From contig OZ249436.1 of NCBI GenBank assembly GCA_965235115.1, positions 28,150,001 through 28,214,000 on the forward strand: a stretch of DNA of 64,000 nt, read 5' to 3'. Below are positions 51,247-64,000 of the stretch, piece after piece; the stretch's first letter is position 1; each line of letters begins with the position of its first letter. The notes under the pieces were generated by a model. It saw only the letters and a program-made list of their open reading frames with translations. It ran no database searches and was not told where the DNA came from. Source of the DNA: Laetmonice hystrix. Lineage: Eukaryota. The position numbers were made by a program, and so were the translations under genes.

Positions 51247-53692
51247 GTGGCGGTACGCTGTACCCATGCACATGGGAACCTGCTGGATACCAGGCGCAAC
51301 CATGCTGCCAACATTTTTTTTACTTTGGCTTGGCAGATATTATTAATGATGTGGTATTTTCCTAGCAAGCGATGGCTCTGATGCAATGGTGGAAGGGGGG
51401 GGGACAGTACCACATGGAATCTGTGGCCGAGGCACATAGCTACATGGTTAGTCGTTTAGTTGAAAGGTCAAACGATTCAAAGGCAATTGTAGCCACTTCA
51501 GTTCACTTCATTAGCATTGCAATTGTAGGAAATGGATGGAAGCACAGTAAAATGAGCTATTAGTCAGTGTCCTAACATAATAAATGAGGCCCCCGCCAGG
51601 TGTGGGTTTGGGACTAGGACTCAGGGGAAATATAAGCCAAGACTTCTCACGAACAGAATACATGTAGTTGTAACCAAGCCAGGACGCTGAACTTTGGTAT
51701 TGAAAAAAATGAGGGGAAAAAGTACAAAACTACCAGAAAACATGAGTATATGAAAAAGTTTCAACGGTTTGAAGATTATAATAAATGATTTTGTTGTCAG
51801 TCATTTGAGCTTCAGTTATATTTTCGGACACTGAAATTAAACCTATAACCTCGGCTGGAGCACCGAAACATTTCTAAAAAATATTTCCTTGTAGTCTATC
51901 AGATGACCTAAACCGATGCCAAACATTATTATAATTACATACAATATTTCGTTGTCTGTGTTCTTCGCGGGCTACCTGCTCAGGTGCTGTGTGCCGCGAG
52001 CTTTGTTGCATTTTGTCTCTTTTAGTGCGAATTTAGTTTGGCACGCTTTGAGCCAGAGAAGGTCCGGCAAGGAATAGATCTCACCTGCGGTAGGTATTTT
52101 GCCAGCTGAATAACACCTGGGCTCATAGCCTGCATATATACGACCAACAACAGTATGCAGACAATTAGCACACATCTATTCCCATCTGTTTACGACAGAT
52201 CTGCCAACGCCAACCAGCAGATCCTTCAACCGTTTTTATATCAAATTTAGCAGTTAAAAAATAATCGAGGGAAGTATTATGTGACAGTGATCCAATACCT
52301 TTCATAGGTCATCGAGTAGTCCGTATTTTAGCAAACTTTTCATGATGTCTGCTAATATTTCTAGTAGTACCAATTCCAAAAATTAGCAGAGAAAATAATT
52401 GAAGTGTCTAAACATATTATTGTCGCCATATCGGTTTAAACCTTCCGGTTTTGTCAGGTGTGATTTGGTCTCTGGTGCCAACCTGTACGTGCTGTGTATA
52501 TATCTGAAACCTAGAACAACAAGGTGCTGGTATAATCATGAGGAGGGCAGGAGGACCTCCTCAACCCCCCTCCTCCTAAATCAGACGCCCCCTCCAAATA
52601 TAATGAAAAAATAACACACCACAGCATCGAGTTTTATATCTAGCAGTGCCATAACTTCAAGGTCTCCTCTTTGGTAATGATTTCACCAACAGAACCAACA
52701 CCTATGTTATGACAGCGGTACGACAGATCAACAAAGAAAAATATGGAGAAAGAAAGGCTGACTTGGTGATGTTATCCTAACTGTGACACATCAATGTCTC
52801 GAAGGTGATGGTACCTGATGCCCTAAAGGTTTCGATATGCACCCGTATTTGTTCTCTGACAGAGCCTAATACAATACAGACACACCTTCAGCCCAGGCAT
52901 ACGACTGTTCTTGTACATCCAACCTTTCTTCTGTTGAATCGTTGCTCTGCAGTATAGTCGAGAGGTTCACTTTAGCAGAGGTGCCGACGACACGGAAGTC
53001 GATTGGCGGGGTCGTATAATTCCTCCGAGACAGAAGAACGGCGCAGTGTTGCCGTTATTGTGACAGCACAGACACCGTCCGATATTTCTAACATTGTCCT
53101 CTCGACTCGAGTATGTAACCGATCGTGCTAAGTGCCCAGAGACTGTTGTACATACTGTCTAAAAACACTTTGAAGCTCCTTCCAGGATTGCCAAACTGTC
53201 ATAAAGCACTTTATAGCAGAGCTATAGTTTCTGCAATTCATCAACGACTGGCGAGACGGTACTGTATACGTAGACAGCATCGTCTCTAAAAGTTATCTAT
53301 GACAAGTTTGAATGTCCAGACAAAAAGTTATTAAGAGGAATCCGGTAACAATTCATTGTTACACTGTCTGGCTGCTACGTGATCTACAAGTTTTGCTCCA
53401 CCACGACTATTGCCAGTCATGTACCTGATACCAGACAGTGGTCCTCTATCAAAAATATGGAGTATGCAGGGCCTTTCTGAGCAGTCATAGGATTCCCCTT
53501 CCGGGTGGAGTTTGGTGGTGATGATCTGAGTTTGTTATGGATCCCCTACCTCGGTGCTGTGTAACTGTATCCTCCAAATGGCATATTCTGATCCTTGCAA
53601 GCTGGATGCAATGTTATTGTCCGTCGATTCATCACTGTATCACCTTGCCCAAAACAGAATACGACACGTATTTTATCCACTATGCAGTTCTG

Positions 53693-53949
53693 GGGCCCGT
53701 CTCACTAAAGGCTGGTTAATAACCAGATCGTTAAGTTAACATAGGAGTGAATGGAAGGCTGCTGGTTACAGTAACCAGCAGCCTTCCATTCACTCCTATG
53801 TTAACTTAACGATCTGGTTATTAACCAGATCGTTAAGTTAACATAGGAGTGAATGGAAGGCTGCTGGTTACAGTAACCAGCAGCCTTCCATTCACTCCTA
53901 TGTTAACTTAACGATCTGGTTATTAACCAGCCCTTAGTGAGACGGGCCC
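53693..53949. mobile_element. Palindromic MITE (PIF/Harbinger-like) with CTG TSD
   Basis: CTG|GGGCCCGTCTCACTAA...TTAGTGAGACGGGCCC|CTG; the interior is a tandemly doubled perfect hairpin. Confidence 0.85.
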
Positions 53950-56575
53950 CTGATGACCTCTTGAACTGCGGTGAGCAAATAAAGCCAAAAAGGAGCAAAA
54001 GTAGTACAACGTACAAAAAAACCTAATGGCTAGAACCGAAGCGATTCAAAAAAATTAAAGTTTTATATGCCTTCAGGTTCGATAAAAGGGATCAACTCAA
54101 TACTCAACTCAGGGTTGCCAAGCCAAGGCTTGCACAGCTTTGAGGGCGTCGAGAGTAACTGGGAAAGACGGTGACATTTAGAAAGGGCCGATAATACTTT
54201 GGCAGTAGTTCATACATGTTATTCCATGTTCACTAACAGGTATGGGTATTTATGGGTATTATTTTGTCAGGTGTGATGGAAGGTCACTCCTAGCTAAAAC
54301 GCCTGAACAAGCATCATTACCATCGGTGAGACAGCCCCCAAACCCAGGTCGACAAATCTTCTCGAGCAGGTCACATGGAAAACGCTCGCGCGTAAAAGGA
54401 AAGCGCCACGGCACAGATGAAAGTGAAATGCTGCATGAAAAGAACCCCCATTAGGCATTTCTTAACTGTTTGCCAACCGTCTGATTCCCCCCAACAAAAA
54501 CGCATTTAATTCTTTTGTCTTCACTGATGAGTTATCCCCGGTGGCAGACTTTCCCCACAGACATAATAAAAAAAATACAGTTGGCGGTGTCCCGAGGCCT
54601 TCCTAATGTAACACTAGAACCACACAAGAGAAATGCCTCTGTTCATCGGGCCGTCAGCACAGACAATCAGCCGATGGTGTCCGATTGGCATGGCTTGGTG
54701 TCTCTGCGCTATCGGAGGGCACACACGCCAGCCGGGCGCTGGACCCCGGCCACGGTGGAGGGGGGGGGTGGACTCATCACTGCCTCGTGTGACACCACCG
54801 CTCTGTGTGGATCACGTGTGACCGAACAGAGACCCGTATCTATCCCACTCAACGTATTGGCAGATAAACTATCAGACAGCCCACCCCAACATCAATCATG
54901 TTCAAAATGGACAGCAGCAAAAACGTGCACCCTAAAAAGACAGATTTTTCAGCCAGCCCCATCGGTACCACAACAGAAAGCTGAAAAGGCAATTATTCGG
55001 GACTGGGTGTGTCCATTCAATGCCATCCGAACGTAGCAAGTAAGCAGGAGATAGTAGGTCTCCTGTAGATACAGACGATACTGCATGGTAGGTGTGGTTT
55101 TGCCGACTTTGTTTTAATGACTTCCCTTACAGTTTAAATTTAAGAGCTAGGAATGGGGATTCCGTGTTGCAGAAAAAAATGCAATCGACTGAAATCAGTG
55201 AACGGTATACGATTGTCTATAAGAGATCGAGCTCTATGATCCCAGGGCGGTACAGCTCCTGTGCTGTTGATCAAATGCCTTTCAAAATGATCACCGTATC
55301 AGACACCGCCATGCTCGCTACATCTTTAATAACGCCTTTTCTCAAGGGACCCATACAGACGCATAGATTCTTACTTTAATCTCGGTTTTAACCTCCACCG
55401 CTATCAATTGTCTCATTTAGGACATCATTGAAAATTTCGTGCAATCTTCTAAAAGCGCGTCTTTTATATGCTGACGAGGACGCAATCTTTATGGTCGAAG
55501 TGCTTTGACAGACTAACCGAATAAAGCGCCAAGCAGTCAAGTAAACGTGGCCAGCAGACGACAGCTGCTGCTCGAGTCTCGTCTGCTTGTAAAAGGACCG
55601 CCTAAACTCTGGCTACCAAGTCCTGCTGCATTGTGGCGGCTGATGGTAGCAAGTACATGGAGGCGATAAAATTACCCCACCTCTCTCTCTACCACAGCTG
55701 TTCGCCGTTCACCGTGACACTGTCTAACGTACTGCCAGCAAACCGTGATATACGAGGTCAAATCCCCCAAATCCGCCGCCATTTTTATGGCTGATCGACC
55801 TTCGCAGGTTTGCGTGAAGCCACAAAATCTCCCGGAAAGAAATAAAGCAGCGTGTTGGCATATGTGAATGAGATGTTTTCACGCCAATCCCTCAAGCTGC
55901 TGCCCTTCCAGAAGCTTCCTGACCTGCAGATGAGTGCCAAGCGTCTCTGAAGGCGGAATCCTTTCTGAAAGGCTTTTAGCCCCTCCTGACAAGCAGGTAT
56001 TGGCTCGGCCGGAGGACAGTCAATAGTGTACATAATGTACGACCAATAAGGTCTGATGTAAAAGGCCACTTGGAATGGACTATATTCACTTTCCCCCCAT
56101 GTCTCTGCTATCACATCACCTCAACGTTTGCCTTAACTTATTTACTGAAAATAAGAATATCGGCGGCCCACAAGCATACTCCACACAAGGGCTTTTGACC
56201 AAAAGAGTCACTGTCCTTCACTAATGCAATAAACGTATTTTATGATTGTCATTAGAGTCCTTCCGATCAAAGCGAATCCCAAATGTACTCCAGCGCCAAT
56301 CCGACGCATTCTATGAAGCATTCTCCGACTGCGGTCTAACTTCCACTAAAGAGGAGGGAGGTGTCGAGGAAAACAATATTTGCAGTCACAGTGTTATTAC
56401 CCTCCTTGGAGAAGTTGAGATTGTTGACGGTGATATATTGCATTGTGGATCCATCTTTAGTGCTTGGTCCGTTTTGGTAGAGTACGGCTCAGGAACATGT
56501 AATCTGCCTCTTCCCTTTTCTCACGTCTCATGTCTAAAAGGAGAGACTATTTTTGTTTTCGCAGTTTTGTTCTAA

Positions 56576-56814
56576 AGACCGATTGCAAGGACGTGTTTAG
56601 TCTCCGGGTTAACCTGCTCTCGGGCTTAACTTGATTAAGCCGATTGCAAGAACGTCACAATTCTCGGGATTAAACCATTCTGTTTAACCCTGCTCAATAT
56701 TGCTGATGGTGAAAAAGTGATGCGTTCCCTTGGCGTCGTCGCGGAAGGTTTACCCAATCTGTGGTTTAACCCATTCTCGGAGTTAACCACTACTAACGTC
56801 CTTACAATCGGCCA
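56576..56814. mobile_element. PIF/Harbinger-like MITE with TAA TSD
   Basis: TAA|aGACCGATTGCAAGGACGT...ACGTCCTTACAATCGGCCa|TAA; internal second copy of the left terminus at ~56639. Confidence 0.65.
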
Positions 56815-57118
56815 TAACGGGATCAATCTGGTGGCATAGTTAAAAGAAAAGACCACCGCCAGTCTGTACAGGCCAGGCACACAGGCCGTGATATTCTAAG
56901 CAAGTTAAAAAATATTTGAACACAATTGGTGCTCAAATAGTTAAGATATAAGCACTTCAGTGCCGGAGCCTGCTTAGAACCTGCTCCGCTGGTGATGGCG
57001 GACATAGCTGTCTGCTTGGGCTAATCTCTTGGTCTAATCTCACATTGCGCATGCTCCAACCACTGCTCTCCAGTTTGGGAGGAACGAAAAACTGACGCAC
57101 CTGTTGCGTTGAGCGAAC

Positions 57119-57143
57119 CATAGACCATGCTGTATGGTTTATG
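57119..57143. mobile_element. 25-bp palindromic micro-element flanked by a 7-bp direct repeat
   Basis: agcgaac|CATAGACCAT gctgt ATGGTTTATG|agcgaac. Confidence 0.55.
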
Positions 57144-58325
57144 AGCGAACGTTGACAGCTTATTTATATAAGCAAAATTTGTTAGAACATAGACGAAAAC
57201 TACCGATCATAGTAAAGAGGATTGGCTAGGAATTAAGCCTACCGATGTCAGGGGATATATCAGGGTGGACACGGATCTCGGCAAGCTCCAGCCGTGGGTT
57301 TCGGCCGCCTGCATTCGTGATGTTGACGGCACCCGCAGGGCGACTGGGCCGGGCCCTGACCGTGGCTTCGACCGCGGGCGGGTGCTGACAGTGTCAGACT
57401 CTTGTGGTCACTTCAGCACAGACCTGGTTTAGTTGTGACTGTGACTGTGGGACTGACCCCCGTTGATTTTGCCGACCCGCCCCGGCTGCCTTTACTAGTC
57501 TAGTCTAGCCTAGCCGCTGCATGCAATAGATTAGCCCCGAAACGTCACTTCCGGCCAGCCCAATAGCAACAAATGGCTGCGCCGCTGAAGCCAGTGATTT
57601 TGACACGGTTGTCATGTTCAACATATGACTTCTTGGAATGGGGGGGATATTTATCTCCAACCACTACTCTGAAAGGTGAGTGCATATAGAGGCCTTGCAG
57701 CTGTCCAAATGTGATTTTTGACTGGTCTTCTCCTTTAGTATCCCAATAACGCTACTTTGAGTTTGAATAAGAAAAGTGACCTCATCCAACAAAAGTGACG
57801 GTACTTGGATCAAGTGCTATTCTCTACTGATGTATTGAAGATATAGAGCCTGAATGGAAAGCAACGTGATCTCACGGGAGAAAACTCACGGGTTAGCTTA
57901 ATTAAGCTTGAAAAAAGCTCCTACCCGTGTTCCATATCCCAACATCAACACCTCCTGCCATGTCTGTGAAGGGGGCCATCCATCTTACAATGAGGCTAAG
58001 TGCAACAGCACAATGAGGCCAAGGGAAGGTAAAGAAAGACAAAACTAAAACTTCATTAACTTAACGTGACCCCCTTTTGAAATATCTCTGCAACTACCAA
58101 TCTACTTAATCTTCCCTACTCTGCAGCCTCTAACCATCGCCAAACACTGATTATAAAAACTTCAAAGACACCCACCTCGCCACCCAACAGGAAGATGAAC
58201 ATTGATTTAGGGAAGCGTTGGTTTCTCCAGACCATCGCAGGGTTCCACACCAATGTGCTACCACCCTGTGCATTTGTAATATCCGCAAATCGACCTCAGT
58301 CCACGGAGCCTCCACACCCCCAGCC

Positions 58326-58367
58326 CCACCCACACCCACACCCACACCCACACCCACACCCACACCC
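58326..58367. repeat. (CCCACA)n microsatellite
   Basis: ~7 hexamer units; source of the PH/GV dipeptide ORFs. Confidence 0.85.
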
Positions 58368-61300
58368 CGGGCGCTCTTCACGTGAACTTCCAGGCTCGTT
58401 ACGTCTGAAACCATTCAAAACTACGACCGCTACCTACGCCATTCCAGTGTTAATATTGCTAACCCAGCAGCTGTCAAGACATATCGTTTTGTATAATAGT
58501 GCTAGAAAGGCCAGCCAGAGCCTGCACTCGAGACAGGATTCTGGCTCCATCAATTCCATCAACTAAATCTCGCAGAGATGATCTTCTGAAAAAAACATTG
58601 AACATCTATAAACTATGCCTTATGACCTTTTATAATATATTTTGTGCGCTGGATCTTCCACTTCCTTGATTTTGGGACTTTCCGTTCATGAAACGATTCA
58701 AGGCAGGCAGGAATTCCCGGGGATCCAACGCATGTACACATACAGCTGAGAGGCATGTTTATTTACCAATTACCGGCTACCCCGCGGCACATATTTTCTT
58801 TCATATCTGAGGAACTCTACTGTTAATGTTAAAACAGCCTCCGCCTGAACTGGCTCAATTTCTTCTACTGGTACTCGCAGGGGCTCACGCCTGAACGTGG
58901 CATGTTAAAACGGTTGCACGTAATCGTCTTTCTACCCCTGGCACTGGTCTAGTGGAGTCTGGCAGGACAAATGGCCACTGATCTTTGCCCTTACACGAAC
59001 TTATCTATAATTCACACACCTATCAAGGCCGCCGATTCACGTTTGCCTTTACCCTACTTTTACCACCTCAAAGTGGCTGCCTTTTTTTCAGCCGCAGTAA
59101 CTGACAATTCTTTTGCTGTGATACAAATCAATTTTGACTTGCCGAGAATACTTTTTATAATGCCAATATTATTCAATAACTTCGGGATTTCTCAAGATTA
59201 CTGCCTGCAAATCCTGTGTATGCAAAAACTCCTATTGGAAGCAGGAAGATATAACGATGTACACCACTGAAATGATACCATAGCAGTATTTTGAAAGGCT
59301 GGCTGATTTTCTTTATCATATGTCCGACAGCAGGGCCTGGTTTGTCTTTAGTGTTTCACTACGACTTATTGGCGGCAGTTCAAACTAATTACTCCCTTCC
59401 GTATACACTGGTAGTGAGACACAGTGAAGGCGGATATAAATTAGCCTGGCACTGCCCTCATGATATTTGGCCACCAACACAAACCACAATCAGTGTGTCT
59501 AATTCGGTCGTTTGTTTCTCTATATCTATACAAATAGATGGATGAGGTGTTCGATAGATCTCCTACATTAGGATTTGACTCAATACTGTTCCTGGGTTTT
59601 GTAAATCTCTGTCAAATTGTATCTATATCTGGACGCATATATCGGGTGTGGACATAGACGAGCGAAGTTTGCCTTTGAATACTCGCCAAATTCTCTCCCG
59701 GTGATTCTGATTTAGCAGGTTACCAATCATGATTTACATACACATTCATGGGAACAGTCTGAGCCGTTTTAGCGTCATACATTTCATCCTACATTTCACG
59801 TTCCTGTTCCTGATTTCATCGTGCGGTCTGCTTCCAGTTTAAAACCTGAGGCAGATGGCTTCTCTAGAGTAAAACTGGGTTAAATATGCAAGGACCACAT
59901 ACCTGTGTCACTTGTAATATACACTGGTATATAAATACAGTCTATCACATGTAGGCTATATGCACTACAAACTACCTTGAACATGTATTACACCTTTTTA
60001 TGCCTGTCATATTACATAACTTGTAAACATCATAAATACTTATCCCCCGCTATTGTGATTACTCTCAGTCTTTAAACTGATACCACCGCAGAATATTTAG
60101 CATACCTAATTAAATCCTTTTATAGAATCTTCAAGTTGTAGTCTGGGACATGACTGGGTTCATTCGGTACGTACGTCCAGGAACCCGGAGAGAGTAAGAT
60201 GAAGTGAGAGGAATGGGTATCACGTGGTACAGATTTAGTGTACATAATGACCGAGTCAGTCCATTCTGACACGTGACCACAGAACTCATGACGTCATACA
60301 TCAGTGATGTCACGGTCACCCACCACAGCCATGAATCCACGCTCTCCCTTTTTAACCCTTCAACAACTCCCTAAAATAAAAATAATTTTTAAACCTACTT
60401 CTAGAGTAGATAATTTTCAAAAGTCACCATAATCCAAATGAAAATACCCGATCATTACTTTAGGAGAAGTGAAAAATTAGTTACGTTCTAGATATCTGAA
60501 CTTTGCTTAGCAATAGTTATTATTAATAGGTTTCGTGACCAGTCCCGATAACGTAATACCCTGTATGTATCATAAAGTTCCCCTTAAACATAAAAACGAC
60601 TTGGGTGAAAATTGCTGCTATTGCGTTATCGGCTCAGGAAATGAAATCGTAGGCGAAAAACAGGTGAACTTCCCACTTTGAAGTGGCATGACCCGCAGTG
60701 CTTGATGACTACAATCAGTCTCAGTGAAACTAAAACGTAAAGTTCGGATAGTCCACATGACTGTATGGGACATCCTAGACAACCTGAGACCGCAATGGAA
60801 CTCCAACCCCTAAAACTGATACCAATTGTAACCAATCACCTGAAGTCCAATCTATAGATCTAATACCCCTTCATACCCGACAAGTCATCTCTCTACATAG
60901 AAGATGGGAACCGCATGGGTGCTACGACTCCTTCGGGGCCAGTATCCGTTATTACGGTGCGTGCCGCTATCTCACCCCTACACACCCACACCCACACCCG
61001 CGCCTCTACATTCACACCCACACCCTGGGTGCTCTTATCTTTTTTCATCTGAGGAGCACATTAATGTGTCATGTGGAGCCAGGCTCGGCGGCAGGTGAAG
61101 AAATCCTGCTCCTCGCCTCCACACCGTCCACCTGCTCATACATATTGTAGACTTCAAAGTGACGACAGACACGTTTAACTGGCTCGCTGGCGCCGAGCTG
61201 GAGGCGACATTCTGCAGACCTCAGGCACACCTTCCACACACCAGCCAGGTGGTCGCAAGCATACAAGAGATGACCCAAATTTCCATGCAATTTGGGTAGA

Positions 61301-64000
61301 AATTTTATGAGATGTCGCTGTAGATCGACTTGGGCTTGGAGATATGATATTGAATGTGAAAGTCTGTCGGGCCAAATGAGCCCTGAAAGTGCATACGGTT
61401 ATGTTCGTATATGATTGTCGGGATCGTCTTCACCATCACTCTTTTTGCATTTGGAATTTAAGTACAGTTACAAGAGGAAGCGACCCAAACAAAGAACCAT
61501 AGAAACGGAGACGGAATATCTGTATGAAGAACAAATTTACTATGATCAGTATAAACTATAGTTCATACAATACTTTGTGAGAATACATCAGAAGATACCA
61601 GCACCTCTCTGGATCGGCCAACCCTCTTTCATCACCCGCCATTGATTCATTATGACAGGAGCCTTTCACACGCCCTTTGTGCTACCCCTCATTAACACAC
61701 CTTGAGTGCCTCCTTCCCATGATCAAAGGATATCATGACTGCTAAGGTCATTCAGGTGTTCTGTAAACCTTAACTAGCTACTACCAAAACACATATTACT
61801 ACAACTACTATATGTTACTGCCAAGATTCTCAATATGAGATTCTGTGTTTATTATTGTTGGGTCACCGGGGTTCTCCGCTCGAGACGCGGCCAGGAAAGA
61901 TTCTGAAAACTCTGAGACTAATCTTATTAGTTTCGAGGCAATTTCAACCAAACAGTTTCAAGTCAGATAGCTAAAACTCATTTTATTTAGCCTGGCCTTG
62001 TGAAGTACGCCTTTTTAAAGACTCCCTCTGTTTTGACTCTCGACTTATTACTCATTCAGAATAATAGCGCTTGCAGAGAAATTGTAAACATCGCCATAAA
62101 TCCTGCATCTTTGACACTTTAATACTATGATAATATGAACTTTTAAAGATCGTATAATAAATTATGTGTGTTGGGTGGCAACAATTCTTTAGTTACAGAC
62201 ACATAATCAGTCAGCCTATTACTATGTTGTTGACCAGCCGTTCAACGGAAGTCGTGAGGCTGATGATATACTTCATACAAACCTCGCACCCTCACCTTTC
62301 CTCTCCCTGCTGAGACCAGCAGACACGTTAAGAAAATATGTCTCTGAGCACACCCCGTGGCTCAGCTCAAATAGAACCATTTCATCCCCTTAAATGTGTT
62401 TTTCCCCCATGTTCCCTCTTTTTATACTGTAAGGGCTGAAAGGCTAAGTACATTTACCATTTCGGAAAAAAGACCGTGTTGACAGTGTGTGCATGTACCT
62501 GAGATACGCTTTGCGGGTAAAACATTGCCTTCACGTATACTCTTGGAGCGCCCAGCTGAAACTAATACCGGTGGAAGAGCATCACCTCTCTTGTGAAGAC
62601 GCGCTCAGATACTGACGAGTTACTGGTAGAAGATGTAACCACCGGACCTTTCCACATAGACCGTCGACTTGGTCTACAGAATGCGATAGTTACAGGAGGT
62701 GTTCAAAAACGTGCCAAGGACCTCCTCATTTATCAATGAAGACCCTACACGCCGGGGCAGCATGGAAAGGGGGGAGGTCTAGCGTGCATAAATGCTTTCA
62801 TGTAAGTCTGATTGGATGCTGAATCAGGTGCACCATCCTCTTGACTACGTATAATAACTTAGAAATACACGCTCTGTACCATGTCTTGTGGTGAGTGAGT
62901 ATCATGGCCTCAGACGATGTACCACCGTCGGAAAACGACATAAGTCTTGTGATCATTATTTTTCAGTCATGTCGTAAAAAAATATCCAAGTTCAACGCAC
63001 TGCTATCTTAATGTTCAACAACATAATCGCTTACTAACCTTTGAAATAAATGTTTGAAAAGTCATCAGTATCGCCCTTCATACTTCTTACTTAAGACTAA
63101 TGCTATGACGAATGAACAAACTGTTTGGCTGAAATCAAACGAATGCTTCTTTGTCAAGACATCAGTTGAAACATTATGAGGGAGAGCAGGTAGCTTCCAA
63201 CCTTAATCACACTCTCATATCCACTACATTAGTATACCCTGCATTGTGCTGCCAGCGGGCCGAGCGCACACAAAACCGCTTCATAGCTAGGTGCAGGATT
63301 GAGTCTGTGGGGGGCCTCTCAAAAACGCCGAGCTGTGGGTATAGCTGGTCCATGATATGATGACAGACGAGTCCACTTATACCACTCGCTGCCGATGCCC
63401 TTCAAGCCACAATCCCAAGGGCCCGCGAACCAGACAATACACAACTGCTTGGAGCTGTAGCAGCCGAAAGGTCACCACCTGGGTTAAACCTAGGGCCACG
63501 TTTCTATCCCCCAGCTGCGAATACAAGACTTGCCGTCCCCCCTAGAGACCCCGCTAGAACTCCCCTCGGCTCGAACCGTAGGACACCACCATCGCCCCAC
63601 CTACTTTGTGACGGCCTTCTCTACCTTACATTTTCCCCCTGCCGAATGATTTACGATTGGAGATTTGTGATTATCAGAAGAGGATCCGTCAAGGGGCGAT
63701 GGGCGTAAGGAACTGGGGGGAAGGCTTTCCACTGAAGTTTCAAAGACTGATGATAGGCTATGATGCATTGGAGGGTGGCGCTTTGGAGTGGTGGCTGGGC
63801 GGCTTATGCAGCACTCTGGTAGGCGTGCCACCAATAGAGGGTCTACACACATACATTGAGCGGTGACGGGACCGCCCAATGATTGACTGCGCTCGTCCTC
63901 CTTCATCAATGACTCTTCGACACACCAGGATTCTAATGCAATGCAAAATACCACGTCATGAGAACGGAAATGTCAGCATCCATGCGGGGTATGGATGAGG

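Noticed and set aside
55450..55510. Hammerhead-ribozyme-like CTGACGA...GTCGAA
   Set aside because: The core GAAA is broken (GAAG), stem II is imperfect and there is no stem I.

Overview
Eukaryotic (animal, probably lophotrochozoan/mollusc-like; inferred) genomic DNA. The minus strand carries 18 consecutive internal exons (3703-19043) of an ADGRV1/VLGR1/GPR98 orthologue. They have canonical GT-AG boundaries and splice in frame to about 1058 codons of tandem Calx-beta repeats with a 4-Cys PAN/apple-like insert. I found no further ADGRV1 exon in 19044-64000, so this appears to be an intron of more than 45 kb. It contains, on the + strand, the first coding exon (36001-36565) of a secreted coiled-coil/C-type lectin gene. 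The rest is intronic DNA rich in MITEs, tRNA-derived SINE pieces and unrelated minisatellite arrays. Most notable: (i) an array that copies an ADGRV1 exon 3' end plus its splice donor 12 extra times, each copy forming an AG/GT-bounded, in-frame 57-nt cassette; (ii) a 563-bp direct repeat holding ten copies of a covarying bulged-C hairpin; (iii) the nested antisense lectin gene. No CRISPR array, rRNA, true tRNA gene or intact autonomous transposon was seen. All calls were made by eye without database searches.
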